Shown here: in pieces, positions 37,216 through 50,096 of the stretch
Numbering within the stretch: position 1 is the first letter of the stretch
How the letters are laid out: each line of letters starts with the position of its first letter
Source: Octopus bimaculoides
Lineage: Eukaryota
Reading direction: 5' to 3'
Assembly (NCBI RefSeq): GCF_001194135.2
Contig: NC_068990.1
Coordinates: forward strand, 25,390,740-25,454,526
Length of the DNA stretch: 63,787 nucleotides
Position numbers and translations under genes: made by a program
Notes under the pieces: generated by a model
The model's input: only the letters and a program-made list of their open reading frames with translations
Database searches by the model: none
Told to the model about the DNA's origin: nothing

Positions 37216-38137
37216 AGAGCAGCACAAAAAAGCTACTAAAGACAGTGAATAAAGAACAGGTGATGAAGCGCGTAATAGGAAAAATGGACAAGAATGAAAT
37301 ACAAAGAGAGTACGTCAGACAGAATGAAGGGAAACTTCTGGAGAGCCACTGAAGACGTATATTGAACAAAATCCTAGGCTTGATTAAAAAAGGGGCATTT
37401 AAACAAAGAAACAGAGAGGCTAATAGTAACAGCCCAAGATCAAGCGATAAAAACAAATTGAGAAAAAATATATATGGCGAGAATGTGTCAGAAAAATGTA
37501 GAGTTTGTTTAACTTGGAATGAGACAGTGGCACACATTGTGACAGAATACCCCATGATGGCACAGGAAGAATATAAGAAATGGAGACATGTCTAGATTGT
37601 ACAAGTTTTACACTGGAAACTGAACCAGAAATGGGGATTTGAAGCTGGAAACACATGATACAAGCATCGGGTCGAAAGAGTAGTGGAGTCGGAGAAATGT
37701 CAGATTTTGTGGAACTTTCCTATTCAAACGGACAAAAAGTTAGAAAATAACAGACCGGACATAACAATTATAGATAAGGAAAAGCGAAGTTGCTTTCTGA
37801 TCAACCCATCATACCCGTTTGATTTCAGGATTGTAAAGAAAGAGGAAGAAAAAGTCCCTTAAAGTTTGAAATAGGAAGAATTTGGAGCACGAGAATAGTA
37901 AAGGTCGTGCCTATAATAATTGGTGTGTTGGGAGCAGTAAGTAAAGATATAGACAAATGGCTGAAGGAAATTGGGGCTTCTACAGAAAGTTTGTCTCTTA
38001 GGGACAGCAAGGATATCAAGAGGGTTCTAAGCACATGAAAGACTGCTGAAAACTTGTGGATACCTAAGGTTATAGGTAGTAACCTGCTATCTGCATAAAC
38101 CCTACCAGGAATAAGACCGAACCTGAGCCAAACCCAA
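37216..38137 (+). mobile_element. R4/Dong-like non-LTR retrotransposon 3' portion (CCHC knuckle plus restriction-like endonuclease), pseudogenised
   Basis: KCRVC...ETVAHIVTE(Y)P...YKKWRH(V); LWNFPIQTDKKLENNRPDITIIDKEKRSCFLI; KVVPIIIGVLGAV; ends in an (AAT)n tract. Confidence 0.85.
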
Positions 38138-38159
38138 ATAATAATAATATAAATAATAA

Positions 38160-38555
38160 AGGCGGCGAGCTGGAGAATCGTTAGCACTCCAGGCGAAATG
38201 CTTAGCGCATTTCGTCTGTCTTTATGTTCTGAGTTCAAATTCCGCCGAGGTTGACTTTGCCTTTCATCCTTTCGGGGTCGATAAATTAAGTACTAGTTGC
38301 GTACTGGGGTCGATCTAATCGACTGGCCCCCTCCCACCAAAATTTCGGACCTTGTGCCTAGAGTAGAAGAAAGAATCGTTAGCATGTTAGCATGTTAGTA
38401 CTAAGCGTATTTCGTCTGTCTTTATGTTCTGAGTTCAAATACCACCAAGGTTGACTTTGCCCTTCATTCTTTCGGAGTCAATGAAATAAATACTTGTCAA
38501 GTACTAAGGGGGGTCGTTGTAATCGGCTTATCACCTCCCCGAAATTGCTGGCCTT
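38160..38555 (+). mobile_element. Two tandem SINE-A copies
   Basis: GGCGGCGAGCTGG head at 38161; second, headless copy at about 38375. Confidence 0.85.
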
Positions 38556-39557
38556 AAGTAATGAAAATAAAGCCATAAATCTTTAGGCATAAATGACAAG
38601 TTATACAATGAATTTTCTTAGAACTAGTCACTTTATTGATGTAAATCATAAACGAGAGAGAGAAAGAGAGATAGAGATACCTCACTTATCGTAACTTGCT
38701 GAGAGCGAGGTGGACTATGCCTTAATCTTATTGATGAAACACGCACACAGACACATATTCATAAAAACTTACATACTCTCATTCATGCGCACTGCTATAC
38801 ACACACGCACAAACACATTCATATATATACACACGTACAAACACTCACGTACTTATATACACCAACTTTGAATGACTAAGAACTTCGTTGAGTCATTCAA
38901 CAGGTATTGCAATGGCTGACACAGGATTAAAATGTCACCTTTGGGGAACTTAGTTTATATCCATGTACTTCGAAGCATGCGTATGTAGATGCGTACGTAC
39001 GTACATACGTAAATAGACGCATGCATGCATACATAGTACAGAGGTGGGTAAAAGTAGGTATACAGCTGTTTGGCCAAATCTCCAGCCATATAATAAATAA
39101 CTGAAAAGGCGGAATTATCTTATTATCGAAAGAATTAGTTTAAAAAAGAACATCGAATCATAGAATTCTTATCCTAAAAAATAGAGAAATGAAAAAAAAA
39201 CAAAACCATTCCACTCATATTGGGCAACTTAATACTACTTTTGTCCACCGTTGCATGTATATACGGAATTCTTAGATGCACACAGACACACACACACGCA
39301 CGCACGCACGCATGCATGCATGCATATATACTTAAGCATTCTTTTAAGCTAGCGGGGCCCAATTTCTCTGTAACTCCTGCTGAAGTCAATTTCTTCTAAA
39401 AGCAGAGACAAACAGTAGGACACACACAGACAAAAAGAAAGTGAGGGAGAAAGAAGAGTATCTACATCACTATATAACTGGTACCTTATTTTTGTGACCT
39501 AGAAAGAATAGAATGCAAAGTTAATCCTGGTGTGATTTTTAAAAGTTTTGACAGCTG

Positions 39558-39723
39558 CAGGGTCGACCCTAGGGTTGCTGGTGCCCTGGGCAAGCTGAAC
39601 TTCGGTGTGTACAAGCTGACGGTCAAGGAAATTTCCTTGTTTTTGTCACAGCCTTCTTGGCGCCTCCTAGCACATGGCGCCCCGGATGACTGCCCGAGTT
39701 GCCAGTACCTTGAGCCGGCCCTG
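39558..39723. mobile_element. hAT-type MITE with perfect 8-bp TSD
   Basis: CAGGGTCGAC...GCCGGCCCTG TIRs; TSD GACAGCTG at 39550-39557 and 39724-39731. Confidence 0.85.
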
Positions 39724-39739
39724 GACAGCTGGCCCGTCT

Positions 39740-40500
39740 TTTTTATTTTATTGTTCTGATAAATCAAATTTGCTAATTCTCCTTGGAGAGAGATCTGTCT
39801 CAGCTCTTATTTCATGCTTCTCCACAAGTCCATTATCTATCCTAATAATGTTGTTTACGTGCACGCCAACTTGGGCAAGGTTGTTACTGTTTATCTTTCC
39901 CCTACTGCAGATTATTCTCCAGTATAACAATAGGTACTTCATATGATAACAGTGTATATTTAAGACCACAGCCAACATTGGTGCGTGTTTCGCCTGTCTT
40001 CATCTCTAGTGAATTTGAGCTCCTTGCAAGTTCGTACGTCTATTTCATTGAGCTCTTGAATCTAGGTAAAAAAAAAAGTAACAAGAAAAAAGCCACAGAG
40101 GTTTTGTCCGGGGCGGGGGTCCGAGGGGGTTTTGTCCGGATCCCATAAATTAATTGTGACTATATTACCGGCCACCATAAATTAATTGACTTTAATCCCT
40201 GTGACTTTTATTCTTAGCCATAATTGTGACTTTATTACTGTGGCTTTTATTACCGGTCACCATGACGACAGTGTATATTTAAGACCACAGCCAACATCGG
40301 TGCGTGTTTCGCCTGTCTTCATCTCCAGTGAATTTGAGCACCTTGCGAGTTCGTACGTCTATCTCGTTGAGCTCTTGCCAGTGACTATTTTGGAAGGCCA
40401 AACGTGGGCGTGAGAACAGGCACAGCAAAGGTGTTGTGAGCAATAGGTTTATTATAAGCTGAGAATTCAGACGATGATATATTTCCAACTCCTCCTCTTG
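39740..40500 (-). mobile_element. R4/Dong-like RT thumb-region fragment, rearranged
   Basis: Minus frames HNTFAVPVLTPTFGL and WQELNEIDVRTRKVL, matching the R4/Dong motif FAVPVL..SFG...W...EL..ID..TRK.L. Confidence 0.65.
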
Positions 40501-40892
40501 AGTTACTCATTCCTCATCCTCTCCAAGATATTTGTGCGTGCGTATGTATGTATGTATATATATATGTATGTATATATGTATGTATGTATGTATGTGTGTG
40601 TATGTATGTATGTTTGCAAGTACGTGTGCATACATAATAAATGTTTGCATGTATGTGTGTATGTATGCATGACATACGTTTACGCGCGCGCACGCACACA
40701 CGCATATACCAATGGGTACATGTATGCACATGCATGCATACATACATCATATATCCAGTACATACACACACACACACACACAAGTTGCGTAAATATTTTA
40801 CTTGTCAAAACTCTTTTACGTATTATCTCATATTGATAAAATATTTGGTAAATATGAAGAATCTTTTCCAACGACAAATTAAGAAGAAAAAC

Positions 40893-41499
40893 AGTTTTCT
40901 AGGGTAAAATGGACGTTAAGTCTATTCCGAATCATGTAAAATGGACATCAAGTCTTTTCCGATTCATGTAAAATGGACGTGAAGTCTATTCCGAATCATT
41001 TAAAATGGACATCAAGTCTTTTCCGATTCATGTAAAATGGACGTTAAGTCTATTCCGAATCATGTAAAATGGACGTTAAGTCTATTCCGAATCATTTAAA
41101 ATGGACATCAAGTCTTTTCCGATTCATGTAAAATGGACGTGAAGTCTATTCCGAATCATGCTGGATGTCTCCATCGCTTTCTTACAGAGAGCGGCAAACT
41201 TTATCCGAGACCCTCTTAAAAATGTGGATATATTTGAAACGGTAAGCTTGCTCTATGTTTTATTGACTTTTTTGTAATATATACGTTTATTTTACAGTAG
41301 AACGTTGGGCGAAGGTAAAGCGCGTGCACACTGGTTAGGGGTAGTTTTAGGCTTAGTTTTTGGGTTAGAGTTAGGTGGTGTGCACACGTTTTACCTTCGT
41401 CCGTAACCCTCATAAAAATGCGAATATCTCTGAAACGGTTAGTTTTCCCTAATTTTTATCATTTTTCGTCATCTACACGTCCATTTTACCCCAGAAAAC
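40893..41499. mobile_element. TIR element (foldback/MITE-like) with a left subterminal 32-bp tandem array
   Basis: TIR GTTTTCTAGGGTAAAATGGACGT vs ACGTCCATTTTACCCCAGAAAAC; internal TTAGGG-like stretch at about 41333-41375. Confidence 0.65.
40904..41159. repeat. Minisatellite, 8 x 32 bp
   Basis: Unit GTAAAATGGAC(GTT/ATC)AAGTCT(A/T)TTCCGA(A/T)TCAT; no spacers, so not a CRISPR array. Confidence 0.95.
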
Positions 41500-41695
41500 G
41501 TTTGTCTTTTTTCTTTAATTTGTCGTTGGGAAAGATTCACCATATTTACCAAATTGGCAATATTAATTTATTAATGCCTACTGTATACCCTGATTATTTA
41601 CTCGCCTTGCGTGCTTGTGTGACTTTGTGCTTGTGTATCAATATATGTGTGTATGTTTGGATGTATGTATGAGTAATAATGTATAAATAATAATG

Positions 41696-41790
41696 GGTAC
41701 TCTTCTGTTATCGACAGTCAATTTTTCGTTTACTAAAGAATTATGTAGCAAATAGAATTTACACTCCTTTGTCGACAGTAGGAAAATACC
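41696..41790. mobile_element. Small MITE
   Basis: GGTACTCTTCTGTTATCGACA / TGTCGACAGTAGGAAAATACC imperfect TIRs. Confidence 0.45.
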
Positions 41791-42274
41791 TCTGTGTGTG
41801 TGTATGCATGTATGTATATTTTGCGCGCAAAATTTGTGTATTTATTTATATATCTATATGTTTATGAGCGTGTGTATTTGTATGTATATGTAATATTTAT
41901 GAATATGTTTAAGTAAATAAAAAAACGCCTAAAAACGTCAAAAGGCCTGTTGATCTCTCCACACGCAGAGAACACTCAACTATCAATTTACTAAACGTTA
42001 TCCGATAAAACTGCAGGATAGTAACGAATCTATATAAAGAACCCTTGACAAACTGGTGTTATCTTATCCTTTACTCCTTCACTTCATCTCTTTACACCCT
42101 TTAAACTCCCACTCCTTGTTTAATATCAACAAAATTCCAGTTTCCTTCAAGGAGTACTCTCATTCTCATTTTCTCTCTCCTTCTCTTTCCCCTACTTATA
42201 CGTGTATGTGTGTGTGTATATAGAGAAAGATTTTATGCGCGCGCCTACACACACACACACACACACACAGCACA

Positions 42275-42433
42275 AGGGGTGCTGTAAAGTTCCTGGTTTT
42301 AAGGGCTTAGAAAAACTGAAGGACCGCAGTAATAAGTGTGTGAATTTGGTAGGGGAATATTTTGAACAAAATCATAATTGACTCATCCTTCTGTATTTTC
42401 TTTTACTCAAAGCCAGGAACTTTTCAGCACCTC
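42275..42433. mobile_element. mariner-derived MITE
   Basis: TIRs GGTGCTGTAAAGTTCCTGGTTT / AAAGCCAGGAACTTTTCAGCACC. Confidence 0.7.
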
Positions 42434-43889
42434 CTCTTCTCCCGGGCATAATGTTAATATTTTTACTGACATTCCCTTTTTCTGTATAAAGCACGGACAT
42501 AAAGTCGGGGGTACTATTTTTAATATACGTGGGTATATTCATGTTTCTCGTAGTTTTTTCAGTACTATTTGGTTATCTCACGCCCATTAAAAAATTGCCA
42601 TTAAAATATTGAATTAAAAGAGATCCTTTTGATTCAATATTTCAACACATTGTTGACGTTTGACCTTCTCAATAGGAATGGCATGATTTGTTATAAAAAT
42701 ATTATCAGATTCAATAAGATATTTAATCTTTTCACTTTTTATGTTTATTAATTTTTTTTTTTATTGAGGGTAAAACAATTTTTTTAGTTGGGGGAGACAA
42801 CCCAAATTTTTAATGGGGGTGAGATATCCACAAAGTACCGTTTTTCCTTCTGTTATAAGTCCTTACGCTGAATGCAAAGGTGTGAGTAGTAAAAGTTGTG
42901 TGGTGAATTCTGTAAAACCTGCAAAAGGTAAGGTCTTTGTTTTTATACAAATTAACTCTCAGAATTTTATACGGGATCGTCTTTGCGAGGTCGAGTCCGT
43001 GTTCCACTGCTGCACGGGATTTTCATTAATGATTTGACTTACATCATTCATATTATCCTTCTAACAAACTTGGACGTCCACTTCTTTCATCATATCTACA
43101 ACCAGTTCGTTTAAATTCGCTCACTAAGTTTTAGATATTGTCTTATCTACCTGGACTGCTTAGCTGAATTTCATATCAAGCCTATTTCTGATACCTTTGT
43201 ATTTCTCTTCCTAGATTCACCAGATAACTGTTGCTACTCTGTGTTCGTTCAAAAGGGTTTACGAAAGAAAAATAGAGATATGAAGCCTTTTTTGTTTTGT
43301 TTTGTTCTTTAAATAAAACAGTGCTTGAATTTATGATCACCCTGTAGATTAAGCACATACTCGTCTATGTAGACAAGTGCATGCACTCATTCAATCACGC
43401 GCGCATGCGTACACACACTTAATCTATTGCCACACTAACCACTACATTAATCCAAGGGATCCACAAAAGGAAACTATATAAATTTAGCTATTGTTATTGA
43501 AAACGTATCTGACTATATTCAACCTGTATGTTGATAGTTTCTAAGTTTTTCTGAGTAAAATATGCTTCACTGGCAGAAGATGGGAGGGTCTAATATGATT
43601 CAAACATGCCTGTTATTTCCACTAGTTAAAGACCAAATCTACTCTGAGCTTCATTGTTTTTTTAATATATTGATTAACTTTTAATGAAATTTTACAGAAA
43701 CACCTTTCAAACAGCATAGATTACGATTATAAAGAAATTTGTGGGGAAAATGTTTTCCGAAGGGATGGGGAGAGGACTTCGGAAAGTTCACACGATCCGT
43801 TTTTTCCCCCCTCATAGCTTTCAGGATCTAATCACCAAAACGAAAGAAAAAAAAGAAGAACAGTCCACCCAGCTAGCAAAAATGAGTTG

Positions 43890-44072
43890 TTGAGTTGTAC
43901 TTATAATTCAAAGGGCCAGCCATGTCACACTCTGTATCACGCTGAATCTCCCTGAGAATTACCTTAAGGGTACGCATGTCTGTGGATTGCTTGGTCACTT
44001 ACACGTTAATTTCACGAGCAGGCTGTTTTGTTGATTTGATCAACCTCGTCGTCGTAATCGACGGAGTGCCAG
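43890..44072 (+). mobile_element. SINE family C 3' fragment
   Basis: Homologous to 59940-60112. Confidence 0.7.
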
Positions 44073-44804
44073 TTATTCGAGTAAGAGCCTTACTTCAGGT
44101 TTTTAGCGAATCAGCAGTTATTGAGAACCTAAGTATTTTTGTGGTCCTGATATAGTTTTTAGGATTGTTTACCATGAAGAAAGATTTTCATTGACATATA
44201 TTAGGGACCAGTCACATGCGTTCTCCCACAATATTGATATATTTTGATAGGATATAGGACCGGGATTTTGTAAATGTGATAGCATGATTTAGTCGATAGA
44301 ATCGACAAGGCGATATTGCTGGTTGAAATTATATCGAACCAGAATCTCAAAATTTGAATCAACTTTAGCTAGACCATATAGAAACAACACTGTAATGCAT
44401 TATTTAATCCAGTGATTTACTGTTGTTTAGCCCGAGGTCAGCTCTGATAGGATGACTTAGTCGTAACCTTTCCCTATCAGGAACGACACAATTTAATCTG
44501 TGATTCTTGAAGACAGTCAAAAACCTTAGCCGTCACTTGCAAACGAGTATGGCCAGCTAACTTGTGCCATTGTTTCCCTAATTGATTCAGGTGCCTATCT
44601 AGTCATGAGCAGATATAGGCAGCTTCTCAACCCGTCCACCCATTGATCCGGCGGGACATTGAGGACATGATGCGAAGATACAACTCACGACTTCAGGATC
44701 GCAAGCATTTTATAATAGGTCACTCACCTTCACAAGACTAAGGAAATGATTCAATACAGCTATTAATTTACAGCTATTAATTCTATTATTGTATGATATA
44801 TGCA

Positions 44805-45432
44805 TGTAGTGAAACTACCTCTCTCATGGTTATATATTAACAAATGCGAGCGTAGCAGAGAACAACTCTTTCCCGCCTGCTGTGTCATCACCTGACTGAC
44901 TATTATTTGAGCGGCAATTGTCTCCAGTCCGTTTCGCGCCAGGACGCAAACCGACCAACCGTAGCCACTAATAAGGTCACGTGAGAGAGTGTTTTTCTGA
45001 TGGTCTCTGGAGCCTCTCTTGTACCTATGAATAGCCTAAATTATCCGCGCCAGTTTGTCGCGACTACAGATCCTCACAGATCTGGTCGTTGACCACACGC
45101 GTAACACAGCCAGCCAGTTTTCCAGCGACGACATCAACAGCATCGTTCAACTACGTACTACCCAACGTCGCCAGCGTCAACATGACTTCTCCACGTACAC
45201 AAGCAACCGCAGCTTCTCTTATCAACCCTGTTTGTGTGAATCGCCTCACCACGAAATTAACAGCCAGAACTCAACCTGCGAAGAACATCTGTATCAAGAA
45301 TCCGGCCCGGCATCGAAGCCTCAACCGCACGACAAGTGACTTAGCTCTGCCTCAACCATAACCTCTTATATACAAACCTACAAATCTACTGTGTACCTTA
45401 ACAGAACTGGTATCTTATTATCCTGTGTTACA
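44805..45432. mobile_element. Possible solo LTR
   Basis: GC/CpG-rich ~630-bp block bounded by TGTAG...TTACA; no matching TSD found. Confidence 0.3.
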
Positions 45433-45786
45433 GACTCTTACTATGCTTTGTATCTCTTGCATTCACATACATATATTTGTATACACACTCTTTTGTTTAC
45501 ATGACGGTCTGTCTTATATTGTGTTTTAATATGTCGCATTCACACTCACACACAGACATACAGTTTAATGCTCCAATAAATCTTACTGTTATACATTTTT
45601 ATCGGTTGAGTCAATATCGTCTTCCTTACTGGCATTCCTTCGCATTCCACATGCGAATTCTCTATGTTATAGTATTATAACATATTCATCATTATATTTT
45701 GTGTCGACCGTGTGACGCGTTAAAAAAGGAGCCTGTTTTCCATTCGTCACCATTTCTCCTTTGGTTCGCAGGGTCGTTCTTACATG

Positions 45787-45844
45787 CACTAGCGTAGCTC
45801 GAAGGGGTCCGCCGCGGGCGGCACACACTCTAGCTACGCTAGTA
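45787..45844. mobile_element. 58-bp mini-MITE (hAT-like)
   Basis: Perfect 12-bp IR ACTAGCGTAGCT / AGCTACGCTAGT; flanks CTTACATG / GGTACATG (6/8 TSD match). Confidence 0.6.
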
Positions 45845-47310
45845 GGTACATGCATGTGTGTATGTATACATATGCAATGCACTTATATGTATGTGTAATT
45901 TCTCTTTCATAGCTATGCAACACCCTTCTTTAAGACGACACTGATTTGAATGAAATTTGACTGCTATTTCTAACAGGTTGGACGACAGCGTGGAGGCTAG
46001 TGCTCCTATGTTGGCTCAAAAATATTGTTTCCGAGGCAGGTTGGTTTTTAATTCCTAAATAGTCTGAAAATATTTAACGTGATCAAACACTCGTAATCCA
46101 ACAAATCGGAAGGTAAAGAAATAAATAAAAAGTAAATAAACTCCTTCATTTAAGATTAAAATTTGGAATTGCAGTCCAACAATATCTATTTGTATAAACG
46201 CTCGCAGGCTTTATCAACTTGGTAGAAATTCTAAATAAATATATTAAGTCTTCATGAATGTTTACCTAGAAACTATTTGGCGTGAGAGTCGTGACTGTAT
46301 GAATTTCAAAGAGCAGACGATAGCTAAAAAGGAAACCATTTTTATTTCGTTTCAAATCAAGTTAAGTTTGTGTAAACGTTAAATAAAATAACTGATACGA
46401 TCTGACACTTATTCTCCTGTTGAGGCTTAACCATCTATCCTTCGAGTACCTATACGCCTGGGGCTGAAATAAAACACCCTACAAGATAGCTCCAGTGTCG
46501 TAAATAAATAACATTTTTACGTCTTTTGCTTGCGTTTTATTTGTTTTATATTTACTGTCCATGTATGTGTGTATGCATGCATTATATATGTGTATGTACA
46601 TATGTATGTTGGCATACATATGTGTAGGTGTTACATATGGGTGACGCATTCATGTTTGTACGTACATTTTTCTGATGTATGTATGTTGATATATATATAT
46701 ATATATANNNNNNNNNNNNNNNNNNNNNNNNNNNNNNNNNNNNNNNNNNNNNNNNNNNNNNNNNNNNNNNNNNNNNNNNNNNNNNNNNNNNNNNNNNNNN
46801 NNNNNNNNNNNNNNNNNNNNNNNNNNNNNNNNNNNNNNNNNNNNNNNNNNNNNNNNNNNNNNNNNNNNNNNNNNNNNNNNNNNNNNNNNNNNNNNNNNNN
46901 NNNNNNNNNNNNNNNNNNNNNNNNNNNNNNNNNNNNNNNNNNNNNNNNNNNNNNNNNNNNNNNNNNNNNNNNNNNNNNNNNNNNNNNNNNNNNNNNNNNN
47001 NNNNNNNNNNNNNNNNNNNNNNNNNNNNNNNNNNNNNNNNNNNNNNNNNNNNNNNNNNNNNNNNNNNNNNNNNNNNNNNNNNNNNNNNNNNNNNNNNNNN
47101 NNNNNNNNNNNNNNNNNNNNNNNNNNNNNNNNNNNNNNNNNNNNNNNNNNNNNNNNNNNNNNNNNNNNNNNNNNNNNNNNNNNNNNNNNNNNNNNNNNNN
47201 NNNNNNNNNNNNNNNNNNNNNNNNNNNNNNNNNNNNNNNNNNNNNNNNNNNNNNNNNNNNNNNNNNNNNNNNNNNNNNNNNNNNNNNNNNNNNNNNNNNN
47301 NNNNNNNNNC

Positions 47311-47690
47311 ACAACTTTCGTTTTGAAGAGCTTGGATTTAGGGAAGGTTTTCGGTGCTTCATTTTGGTCCAACCACTGCGAAGAATGTTTTTATTATTGT
47401 ACAGAATCCACTTTTTATCGCAAGTTACAATACGGTCGAGAAACGGATCGGTCTGGTTACGGAGAAGAAGCGACAAGCAAATTTCATATCTGCGCATTTT
47501 CTGATTTTCATTCAAATCGTGTGGTACCCATTTGTCGAGTCTTTTTGATTTTCCGATCGCATGCAAATGATTGCAGGCAGTTTTCTGGCTAACTTGAAGT
47601 TCTTTTGCCCGTTCTCAAGTGGTTTTACGTGGGTCTTTCTCAATGACGGTCTCTAATTGACTGTCATCGATAACAAATGGGCGTTTTTAA
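47311..47690 (-). mobile_element. mariner transposase pseudogene fragment, truncated by a gap
   Basis: DDSQLETVIEKDPRKTT*ERAKELQVS...HLHAIGKSKRLDKWVPHDLNENQKMRRYEICLSLLLRNQTDPFLDRIVTCDKKWILYNN: WVPHEL motif and first catalytic Asp region. Confidence 0.9.
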
Positions 47691-48019
47691 GCACAACACA
47701 CGCGGAATCAAAAAGAAACATTACCTTTCACCGTAACACCGGGGTCGGCACTGTCGTTCACGGAGTGCTATCTCTCTCTAGTGTGAAGCTTCCTATCTCG
47801 AACATGTGAGCATACGCACTACAGCCAAACACCACATCGCAGGAACTGTGAAGCGCACAGTTCTACACAAGGATTTTTGTATTTTTTTCATAAACTAGGG
47901 GATGGCTATTGACATTAAGCTTTAGGATTATATAATGTACAAGTATAAAGAAAGAATTAAAGAAAAAAAAGGGCTTACTATATTGAATATTATCGATAAT
48001 ATCGAATGGAAATGGGGGG

Positions 48020-48310
48020 TGTTGCAGTTCCGCAGTGCCTATACACGAGCCACCACTGGTCGTACGCAGTGTTTCGAGTAGCACGGGCGCTTCAAAAGCG
48101 GAAAAACCTACATGGAAGACGTTGAGCAATCTGGAAGACCTGCAACGAGCGTCACTCCCGGAAATATGGTAATGTGCATCGCTAATTTGTCCCCCAGGCA
48201 CAGACCGTCAATTGAGAGTTCTACTGCGACGTTTTGAAGCATTTGAGAGAAGACATTTGGCGAAAGTAACCGGATCAGTGGAGTACGAAGAAGTGGGTTC
48301 TTTAGTATCA
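48020..48310 (+). mobile_element. mariner transposase fragment with internal deletion
   Basis: RTQCFE*HGRFKSGKTYMEDVEQSGRP joined to FVPQAQTVN*EFYCDVLKHLREDIWRK*PDQW. Confidence 0.8.
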
Positions 48311-49055
48311 CAAAATTGTTTACAATGAAATATTCTGTGTGAATTTAAGGAGAGTTTAAGTTTCTGGTTGGAAGCCCCCACGTTTCCTGTCCTCAAATTG
48401 CCCGGTTTAAGAGTTTCCAACGGGAAGATCACTGGACACTCTACAATTATGTTATGGTACTAACCAGCATGTTACAGGGAGTGTTTAAGAACTCAAAGGT
48501 GCTGAAAACATGCCCACAAAGAAGGTGGAGATGACTCACTAGTTTTCAGATGTTTGAGCGATCTCCCTGGTGTACACATCTCTAGCCTCTAATCACTGCG
48601 AAAGGTTGAAAGATACTGAAAATTATTTGAAACGAAGGTTCTGGAGGAAACGTTACAAGATATTGTGACGTGATAATGACTGCATGCAAGAAGTAAAAAT
48701 ACTTTGGATGAGACGAATGATTTTCAATTTCACATTCACACACACAAACGCACATGCACACATACATATGTATACATACACACGCATATATATCTATATA
48801 TATAAACTCTCCATGCATCTTTCAAAAATGACAAGTTCATAAAAACCCTGAAGAAGTTCTACCTCATATAGTTAGAATATGACTTTTTTCTTAGCATTTA
48901 ACCAAATGCTTAAAATTTCTAATTAACTAGGGGAAAGCACAGAAATATTGTAGGTTTTTAAAATTCGTTTTGAACTTTACGACTTATAATCAATTTATTT
49001 GTAATGTTTTAAAAGAAATTTTTTAACATCTTTTAACATACAAATTTTTCATACA

Positions 49056-49315
<260 letters not shown>

Positions 49316-49321
49316 AAAATC

Positions 49322-50096
49322 TTTCATACATCCAAGATCATCAAAGATCCTCTTCCATATTGAACAGTTGGAGGCAGGTAGTCTGGATCAAATGCTTCTT
49401 TTGGCTGTCTCCACACGTATACTCGGCCAGTGGTCGGAAATAAGGTAAAGGATGACTCGTCCGAGAAAATAACATTCTTCCACTGCTCTAGGGACCAATT
49501 CTGCAGGTTTTTACTCGTCTAAACGCTTTGCAACGTTTCTTTTTGAAAGTGGTGGTTTTCTGATTGCAGCATCCCCCCCCCCCCGTGAAATCGGGGTTTG
49601 TGCAGCTCCCGGCGAACATATTTTGTGGTAACTTGGTTCTTGAGGTGGTCATTAAACTCTGTAGTAATTTTGGGAGCTGTACCTTTGTGATCGTTTCTAA
49701 CAATTCAAGTAAGAGTCGTCCGACGGTCCCTATCTGAAAGTTTTGGTTTTCTTCTGGAGTTTGGTTTCGACGACGAGGCTTTTCTCTTTTTCTCACTGGC
49801 TGTCATTACTTTCAAGACAGTACTTCTTGATACACCCAACATTTCAGCTATTTTCGTTACGCTAGCGCCTGCCATACAAGCACCAACAATTTGACCCCTT
49901 TGAAAGTCCGATAGCTCTGTCATTTTAATTAATTTTAATTACCTTTTTTAAAACAGCTATTTTAGCGAAACATATTAAGCAACACTAATGATACATTAAT
50001 GAACATAAAAATAAACAAGCTTTTGATGGTTTTATAGTTATTTCAAAATTATGATGCTTTGATGCTAGGTGTTTCCATATTTTGTCCAACCCTGTG
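49322..50096 (-). mobile_element. Tc1-family transposon, 5' half with frameshifted transposase
   Basis: TA|CACAGGGTTGGACAAAATATGG TIR; MTELSDFQRGQIVG...KIAEMLGVSRSTV HTH; ...WKNVIFSDESSFTLF...GRVYVWR...TVQYGRGSLMI. Confidence 0.9.

Noticed and set aside
40904-41159. CRISPR-like 32-bp periodicity
   Set aside because: Contiguous tandem units with no unique spacers, no cas genes, and a eukaryotic context
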